Under the pieces are notes generated by a model. That model had not been told where the DNA came from. It did no database searches and saw only the letters and a list, made by a program, of their open reading frames with translations. Shown in pieces: positions 57,891 through 64,000 of a stretch of 64,000 bases of DNA. The DNA comes from Pseudomonadota bacterium (GTDB lineage: Bacteria > Pseudomonadota > Gammaproteobacteria > Acidithiobacillales > Acidithiobacillaceae), in contig JAKACQ010000011.1 of assembly GCA_021821285.1 (NCBI GenBank), positions 9,333 through 73,332 of the forward strand. The letters run 5' to 3'. The position numbers and the translations under genes are program-made. Every line of letters begins with the position of its first letter. The first letter of the stretch is position 1.

Positions 57891-59852
57891 TTACAAATAA
57901 AAGACACTGGCAAAAATAACGATTAACAATATCCCGATATAAGCGAGATAGGCGTTGAGCGAGCCGTTCTGTAAAGTCAGACCGATCCGGTCGCTGAGCT
58001 TCTGTACCAGGCGTACCACCGGGCGGAATAACCAGGGCCCGAAGACGGGCGCTTGACTGTAGTTAAATTGCAGAGTGTGCACGAAATATTCGCGTTCCGT
58101 ATGCTGTTTTCGCGTGTTGGTGCCGGGTCGATACACAAAGCTGTAAAACTCCCGCAACGCGTTGGAGAACGCCAGCGCGGTGATGGCGTTCTCCGCCGGT
58201 ATACGGCGCAGACCGTGACCCCATACCGGTACCCGGCGGCGACCGTGACGGCGATGGCTCCAGCCGAGCAGACCCAAGGGAATCAGCGCCAGCAAGAGCC
58301 CCGTGAGCAACAGCAGGGGTGGCGAAATGAAGGCGAAATGGAGCGTGAGTGGCACCAGTATCGGGCCGCGCACCATGGCGGCCACGGCGGCGGGGACAGC
58401 GAGCCAGTTGTCCCGGACCAGCGCCGCCAATGTCCATGGCAGAGCCACGGCATAGGCCAGCACCAAAAGACCCAGACCCAGAATCGGCCAGCGTCCCGTG
58501 ACTTCGGCTGGATTTTCCTCCCGTCCGAGCAGGCCGATGCCGAAGACTTTGACCATGGTCGCCAGGGCGATGGCCGCCGTCAGGGCGAGACCGGCACCGC
58601 CCAGCGCCAGGGTCACCCGCGCGGCAGAAGAGGTCAGATGGAAATCCTGAAACACGGTCTGGAAGAGATACCATTCACTGGCAAAGCCCGCCATAGGCGG
58701 CATGGCGGCGAGGCTCATGGCCCCGAACAGCGCACCGATGCCCAGGGTCCAGGGGGCGAGGGCCAGTACCCGGCTCTGCGCGATCTGATAATTGCCCCGC
58801 ACCGCAGCCACCCGGTCGGCGCTCAGCATCATCGCGCCTTTGGCCAGACTATGGCCGCCGAGATGAATCAGGCCTACCGTCCAGGCCAGCGTCATCAGCA
58901 GAGACAGGCCATCCGCCCGGAACAGGGCGGCGGCACCCAGAGCGACCACCGCCAGCCCCGCATTTTCCGCCGTGGAAAAGGCCAGCAGGCGTCGCCAGTC
59001 TTCCTGTTGAAAGGCGTAGAGAATAGCGAGGATGGCGGATAGCGTCCCCAGGGACACCAGCAAAATGCCCACGCCCGTGGTGGCACTGACCGGCAACCAG
59101 TCGAGCATGGCCCGTCCCAGGGCAAAATACGCGACGTTCAACACAACGCCGGAAAGCAGCGCCCCGGAGGCACCGCTGCCACTCCCGTAAGCACCCGGAT
59201 ACCATTCATAAAAGGGCAGAATACCGAGCTTGGCGCCGAAGCCAATAATGAACAGTACCGCCACCCCGAAGGCCGCCCCGCCGTAAGTGGCCCAGCTTGC
59301 CGCCCAGCCCGTAAAGTCCGTATCCTGCGCGCCGAGCAGGACCAGGCAGAGCAACAGCGCCACCGCGCCGATCTCCAGCAGCGCCAGCATGTACAGGCTG
59401 GCCTGCCCGCCGCGTTGAGCTTCCTGCAGACCGTCGGCGAGGAGCATGATCGCGCCGCCGAAACTCAAAAACTCCCAGGCAATCAGAAAAGAAACACCCT
59501 CCTGTAAACCGGCAACGCCGAGACTGCCCAGCAGGGCGACTGCCGCACCGGCCATCCAGATGGCCGGGTTTTTGGCGCGACCGGGAGAAAGGAAAGCCGC
59601 CAGCGCCGTCAGCCCGCCCCAGAACAGCAGCCAGGCGGCGGATGGCTGAAGCTGCCAGGTCACGGCCATATCGCCTAGCGACCACATCACACCGGTCGCC
59701 GAACCACCCGGTAAGCTGGTGGCGCTGCCAATGAGTGCAGCCAGCACACCCAAAATCAGGGTCACGCGCGCCAGCCTGCCTTGCTGCAACATACCGAGAG
59801 CAATGGTCAGTATAAAAAGGCTGGCGGCGACACAGAAACTATCCAGCACCAT
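57891..59852 (-). CDS. antiporter-like membrane subunit (HyfB/NuoL-like)
   Basis: WE.LS, GFGAKLG..PF..W.P, LLAFST.EN.G, H...K, LAAMPP..GF.SEW. Confidence 0.88.
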   Translation of the reverse strand: MVLDSFCVAASLFILTIALGMLQQGRLARVTLILGVLAALIGSATSLPGGSATGVMWSLGDMAVTWQLQPSAAWLLFWGGLTALAAFLSPGRAKNPAIWMAGAAVALLGSLGVAGLQEGVSFLIAWEFLSFGGAIMLLADGLQEAQRGGQASLYMLALLEIGAVALLLCLVLLGAQDTDFTGWAASWATYGGAAFGVAVLFIIGFGAKLGILPFYEWYPGAYGSGSGASGALLSGVVLNVAYFALGRAMLDWLPVSATTGVGILLVSLGTLSAILAILYAFQQEDWRRLLAFSTAENAGLAVVALGAAALFRADGLSLLMTLAWTVGLIHLGGHSLAKGAMMLSADRVAAVRGNYQIAQSRVLALAPWTLGIGALFGAMSLAAMPPMAGFASEWYLFQTVFQDFHLTSSAARVTLALGGAGLALTAAIALATMVKVFGIGLLGREENPAEVTGRWPILGLGLLVLAYAVALPWTLAALVRDNWLAVPAAVAAMVRGPILVPLTLHFAFISPPLLLLTGLLLALIPLGLLGWSHRRHGRRRVPVWGHGLRRIPAENAITALAFSNALREFYSFVYRPGTNTRKQHTEREYFVHTLQFNYSQAPVFGPWLFRPVVRLVQKLSDRIGLTLQNGSLNAYLAYIGILLIVIFASVFYL

Positions 59853-60633
59853 AATGTCCCCCCTGGACCCGTTGCGGCATCCGTTCCAGCAGCAGGAGCA
59901 GTGCGTGGATGAGTGCCGCCGGATTGGGCGGGCATCCGGGCAACCAGACATCCACCGGCAGAAGTGTGTCGAGTCCCGAGCCACCCGCGTAGCCGCCATC
60001 CATGGGCGCGCCGGAGACGGCGCAGGTGCCCGTCGCCAGCACCAGACGCGGTTCCGGCATGGCCTCCCAGGTGGCTAGCAGCGGCGCGTGCATAGGCGCC
60101 GTCACCGGTCCGGTGACCATCAGCAAATCCGCAAAACGCGGCGAGGGCGTGAAGAAGATACCCAGGCGGTGCAGGTTATAAAAGGGATTGTCGAGGGCGC
60201 CGATCTCGGATTCGCAGCCATTGCAGGAGCCCGCATCCACATGGCGGATGTGCAGGCTGCGGCGCAGGCTCCGCGCCACCCGCTTGCCCAGGTCCTGTCC
60301 TACACGGCTGTCCAGCGCCTCTTTCCAGAGCAGATCTTCGCGCCGCCGCACACCGAAAGCCCAGTCGTAAGAGCTGGCCATCGCCCCTTCGGGACAGTCT
60401 TCCACGCAGCGCTGGCAGACGATGCAGCGTCCGTAATCGACCTCCGCTTTCCCCGCGTTCACCTGGATAGCACCCGTAGGGCAAGCCGCTGCACAGGCAT
60501 CACAGCCCGTACGGCAGGCTGCGGAGTCCCAACGCGGCATGCCCAGCACGCCATCTTGCCCGTCGGGACCGCGCTGCGGCCAGCGGGTGGCGGCTTTGCC
60601 GGCCTTCAATCCTGTCCAGGTCCATACCGGCAT
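59839..60633 (-). CDS. fused ferredoxin + NuoB/HyfI-like small subunit
   Basis: N-terminal CxxC...CP pairs, then GSCNGCE, SPR.AD, GTC, PGCPP. Confidence 0.88.
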   Translation of the reverse strand: MPVWTWTGLKAGKAATRWPQRGPDGQDGVLGMPRWDSAACRTGCDACAAACPTGAIQVNAGKAEVDYGRCIVCQRCVEDCPEGAMASSYDWAFGVRRREDLLWKEALDSRVGQDLGKRVARSLRRSLHIRHVDAGSCNGCESEIGALDNPFYNLHRLGIFFTPSPRFADLLMVTGPVTAPMHAPLLATWEAMPEPRLVLATGTCAVSGAPMDGGYAGGSGLDTLLPVDVWLPGCPPNPAALIHALLLLLERMPQRVQGGHYGAG

Positions 60634-60642
60634 GCTGTCCTC

Positions 60643-62136
60643 CTAACGGTCGCAACCGGCGATGGTGAGGCCGAAACTGGCCTCATTGATGGCGTAGTCC
60701 ATCATGTTGGTGCCATGCGCCGTGAGCGGAAAGACGCGCCAGTTGGAAAATGAGGGTGATTTGATCTTCACCCGTTCGAGGCGGCCATCGCGGATCCGCA
60801 CGGCGTAATACAGAGAGCCGCGCGGGGACTCCGTCCAGCCCAGCCCTTTCTGCTGTCCCCGTGGCACGATGTATTCAGCGCGCACCGGACCCGCTTTGAG
60901 GTGCCCGGAAGCCTGCATCAGCAGGGCGATGGCTTCACGTAAAGACTCGGCGCGGACTTCACTGCGGGCCATGGCATCGCCTTTCGCGCGCACCGGCACA
61001 TCAAAGCGCAGATGCGGGTAGGCCGCGTAAGGGTGATCGCGGCGCAAGTCCCGGTCGAGGCCGGAGGCGCGCGCCACCGGTCCCGTCGCCCCCTGATCAA
61101 AGGCGGCTTCCTTCGATAAAATTCCAGTGCCCATCAGGCGGTCGAGATGGCTGGCGGTTTGGTGCAAGCGGGTCAGATACGCGTCGCCTTCGTCGCTGAT
61201 GTGTTCCAGCGCGCTCGCCAGGTGTTCCGCCTGGAGGTCGCGGCGCAGACCGCCCACAGACAGCAGGCTGCGCAGGAAGCGCGATCCGGTCAGTTGTGCG
61301 GCCAACTGCTTCACCCGCTCCTCCAGCAGAAAACCTGTCGCCGAGCCCACTTTCAGCGTCGTCGTCTTCGCCAGCAGGCCGAAATAGTGGAAGTGATTGT
61401 AGAGGCGCTCCAGCTCCGCAAGAATCACCCGCAGCAGTTGCGCCCGCGCTGGTACTTCGATACCCCAGGCCGTCTCCACCGCCTGACAGTAGGCCAGGGC
61501 ATGGCAAACGCTGCCGACGCCCGACACCCGCTCTGCCAGAAAGACCGCGGCATCTGCCTGCTGGCCCACGAAGCGCGCCTCCAGCCCGCGATGCTTGAAA
61601 AAGAGCCGGGGATGGTAGTGGAGGATGGCCTCACCGATGTAGGAATAATGAAATTCCCCCGTCTCCACCACATCGGCCCGTATGGGCCCCCAGTAGAGGT
61701 TCTGCACCTGATCGCCCTGTACTTCCGGCATGGTGGGGGGCATATATTCGCCGCTCAGGCGGCCTTTCCCCCCCTCCCGCCCCAGGGGCGGGAGGGGCAG
61801 CGAAAAACCCTCGTGGATCACCAGTGGAAAGGGCTCGGGATGCCCTGTAAACGTCAGACCGCCCAGATCCCGCATCTCCCGCTCATACCAGCCGAGCAGA
61901 GGCACGATGGCCGCCAGCGACGGCAGCGTTTCCTCGCCACGGACCTCCAGCAGCAGAAAGGGCACGCGGTTGCCCTGACTGACCAGATAGCGTACCACGC
62001 ACTGACCCTCTTCCCAGTCGTGCCAGGCCATCTGAAAACGCATTCCCGCCGTGACGCAGTCCTGTGCCACCGCGGGTAAATCAGTGGCACGGAGCGGACG
62101 CAACGCGCAATCGTTGTAAGTCGTGGCCGCACTCAT
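60643..62136 (-). CDS. HyfG/HycE-like large subunit (NuoC+D) lacking NiFe Cys ligands (Ehr type)
   Basis: WYERE..DL.G..F.GHP, GPI, FKHRG.E, ERVSGVGSVCH, ELERL.NH, ESPRG, SFGLTIAGCDR. Confidence 0.88.
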   Translation of the reverse strand: MSAATTYNDCALRPLRATDLPAVAQDCVTAGMRFQMAWHDWEEGQCVVRYLVSQGNRVPFLLLEVRGEETLPSLAAIVPLLGWYEREMRDLGGLTFTGHPEPFPLVIHEGFSLPLPPLGREGGKGRLSGEYMPPTMPEVQGDQVQNLYWGPIRADVVETGEFHYSYIGEAILHYHPRLFFKHRGLEARFVGQQADAAVFLAERVSGVGSVCHALAYCQAVETAWGIEVPARAQLLRVILAELERLYNHFHYFGLLAKTTTLKVGSATGFLLEERVKQLAAQLTGSRFLRSLLSVGGLRRDLQAEHLASALEHISDEGDAYLTRLHQTASHLDRLMGTGILSKEAAFDQGATGPVARASGLDRDLRRDHPYAAYPHLRFDVPVRAKGDAMARSEVRAESLREAIALLMQASGHLKAGPVRAEYIVPRGQQKGLGWTESPRGSLYYAVRIRDGRLERVKIKSPSFSNWRVFPLTAHGTNMMDYAINEASFGLTIAGCDR

Positions 62137-63593
62137 GGCTGCACCACAAAAGCGTGCTGAAAGAAAGTCCACAGCCCTTCCGGCCACCACAGGCCGAACA
62201 CCAGAACGGGCACAAAGGCCAGCCACATGGGCAAGGTATTCCAGGCGGACAGCGTCAGGGTCGGCTCCGCACCGGGCACCGGTTCCGGCCCCCAGATCAT
62301 GCGCCGGAAGTGGTTCATGAAGGCGACGAAAATAAGGATGAGCAATATCGCCATCACCCACACCGCCCAGGGGTTGGGGCTCAATATGCCGCCGCGCAGG
62401 ATGGTGATTTCCGAAAGAAAAAGCCCGAAGGGCGGTGCCCCGGTAATGGCCACCGCGCCCAACAGCCAGAGCGCGCCGCTGACCGGATAATAACGCAGCA
62501 CCCGCCGCATGTTGCTCATGGATTTGGTGCCATAGGCGCGTATCATGTTGCCGGCGCCGAAGAACATCATGGACTTGGTCAGGGCGTGGTTGATCATGTG
62601 ATACATGGCCCCGGCGAAGGCCATGGGGCCGCCGAAACCAAAGCCGATGGCCAGCACGCCCATGTGCTCCAGGGAGGAATAGGCCAGCATGCGCTTGGCG
62701 CCATCCTGACGGACGATGAACAGTCCCGCCACCAGAAGGGAGATCACCCCCAGCACCAGCAAGGCCGTATGCCCCATCACGCCATGGCCGCCGCTATCGA
62801 CGATGGACAGGAAGCGGTAAATGCCGAGCAGGGCGATATTCAGCAGGGCCCCGGAGAGCATGGCGGAAACCGGCGCCGGGCCTTCGCTGTGGGCATCGGG
62901 CAGCCAGGTGTGCATGGGTGCCAGACCCACCTTGGTGCCGAAACCCACCAGCGTCAGCAGGAAGGCCAAGAAGAGCAGCGTCTCCGGCATCTGTGGCGCC
63001 GCCGCCCGCAGGTTGGCCCAGGTCAGGGCATAGGTCGGCCCCAGGGTGAAGGTCCCGCCCCAGTAGAAGAGGATAATGCCCAGCAACGCCAGCGCCAGAC
63101 CCGCAGAAACGATGATCAGATATTTCCACGCCGCCTCGATACACTCCGCCTCACGCTCGAAGCCCACCAGAAAGGCGCTGACGATGGTGGTGAAGTCGAT
63201 GGCGATCCAGAAAATGCCGGGATTGTTCATCAATGGCGCAATCAGCATGGTCAACGCGAAGCCGGCCTGCAAGGCGTAATATTTGTGGAGACGCGGCTTT
63301 TCCTCTGGCAGCAGACGCATGTAGCCGATGGCATAAAGAGACGCCAGCAGATAGACCAGCCCCACGCAGAACAGCACCCAGGCCCCCAGCGGCGTCAGCA
63401 GAAGATAGCCCGCACCGGTCACCAGCGCCTTGCCGGGCAGGGCTACCAGAATGGCCAGAGTCAGGCCAAAAACGGCCACCGATGACGTCAGATTCAGATA
63501 CTCCGCCCAGTGCGGGCAGCGTATGGCCATGATCAGCACAATAGCTACCGCGGGCACGATCCACAGCGCTGCGATGAGCGCCGCAAAATCCAT
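62133..63593 (-). CDS. antiporter-like membrane subunit (HyfF-like)
   Basis: EAAWKYLII, GFGTKVGLAPMHTWLPDAHSE.P, KRMLAYSS.EHMG, NHALTKS. Confidence 0.9.
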   Translation of the reverse strand: MDFAALIAALWIVPAVAIVLIMAIRCPHWAEYLNLTSSVAVFGLTLAILVALPGKALVTGAGYLLLTPLGAWVLFCVGLVYLLASLYAIGYMRLLPEEKPRLHKYYALQAGFALTMLIAPLMNNPGIFWIAIDFTTIVSAFLVGFEREAECIEAAWKYLIIVSAGLALALLGIILFYWGGTFTLGPTYALTWANLRAAAPQMPETLLFLAFLLTLVGFGTKVGLAPMHTWLPDAHSEGPAPVSAMLSGALLNIALLGIYRFLSIVDSGGHGVMGHTALLVLGVISLLVAGLFIVRQDGAKRMLAYSSLEHMGVLAIGFGFGGPMAFAGAMYHMINHALTKSMMFFGAGNMIRAYGTKSMSNMRRVLRYYPVSGALWLLGAVAITGAPPFGLFLSEITILRGGILSPNPWAVWVMAILLILIFVAFMNHFRRMIWGPEPVPGAEPTLTLSAWNTLPMWLAFVPVLVFGLWWPEGLWTFFQHAFVVQP

Positions 63594-63594
63594 C

Positions 63595-64000
63595 TCAGCC
63601 CACCAGCTTTTGCAGTTTGCGGCTGCTGGTCGTCCCGGCGTGGGCCTGCAGGAGGCGCACCAGCATCCCGAAGGTCATGACGATGATCAGCAGGTCGAAG
63701 ATGATCACCAGTTCCATCAGGACCGGCAGACCCGGCACCAGAATCTGCGATCCCAGAAATATCCCGTTCTCGATCACCAGCAAGCCGAGGATGTGACTGA
63801 TGGCCTCCGAGCGCAGGATCATCATTAAAAATCCGATCAGTTTGAGGCTGAACATGCCGGTCAGGGCCAGCACCGCGATATTATCGCTGAGGTGCAGCGC
63901 TACCCCCAGTTGCCGTGCGACCTCGTAGGAGAAAATCACCAGTACCGCACCGAGGATCATACTGGAGGAGGGCTTCAGCAACGGCGTGAATTCCCGTCGA
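63595..64000 (-). CDS. HyfE-like membrane subunit (3' part; runs off window edge)
   Basis: hydrophobic, GLL..ENGIFL, ELVI.FD; upstream of hyfF-like gene. Confidence 0.82.
   Translation of the reverse strand, partial: RREFTPLLKPSSSMILGAVLVIFSYEVARQLGVALHLSDNIAVLALTGMFSLKLIGFLMMILRSEAISHILGLLVIENGIFLGSQILVPGLPVLMELVIIFDLLIIVMTFGMLVRLLQAHAGTTSSRKLQKLVG

Overview
GC-rich bacterial chromosome segment. Gene content and order suggest Acidithiobacillus (inference, not verified). Most of the window is core genome: hisB'-hisC-hisD-hisG-murA-grxD-bolA-ABC permease-surA-lptD (minus); amgK-murU, kdsD-kdsC-lptCAB-rpoN-hpf-ptsN-hprK-rapZ-EIIA-HPr-ptsI, asmA-like, mutY, yggX (plus); a sigma54-dependent GlrK/QseG/GlrR-like system; a large autotransporter; msrAB-Crp/Fnr; recCBD; a DUF692/DUF2063 pair; slp, cfa, DUF190, fluC; and a hydrogenase-4-like (Ehr) operon. 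The standout is a ~7.3 kb insert (34600-41864) bounded by 328-bp direct repeats of the 3' half of a DUF4337-like gene. It carries a divergent LysR gene and a tightly coupled operon: BacA-like prephenate decarboxylase, BacB-like bicupin, BacC-like SDR, EamA exporter, BacG-like SDR and glmS. This looks like a minimal anticapsin (bacilysin warhead, GlmS inhibitor) cluster with an embedded, motif-altered GlmS as probable self-resistance target, and it lacks the BacD ligase and BacF aminotransferase. Other highlights: an Asr-like Lys/His-rich secreted peptide sitting in the glmY position behind GlrR-type boxes and a -24/-12 promoter; a glycoside-hydrolase-like domain inserted into an autotransporter beta-helix; an orphan MNIO pair coupled to recC; and a Ni-less Ehr complex linked to a fluoride channel. 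Family calls come from motif recognition and recalled sequences; no searches were run.
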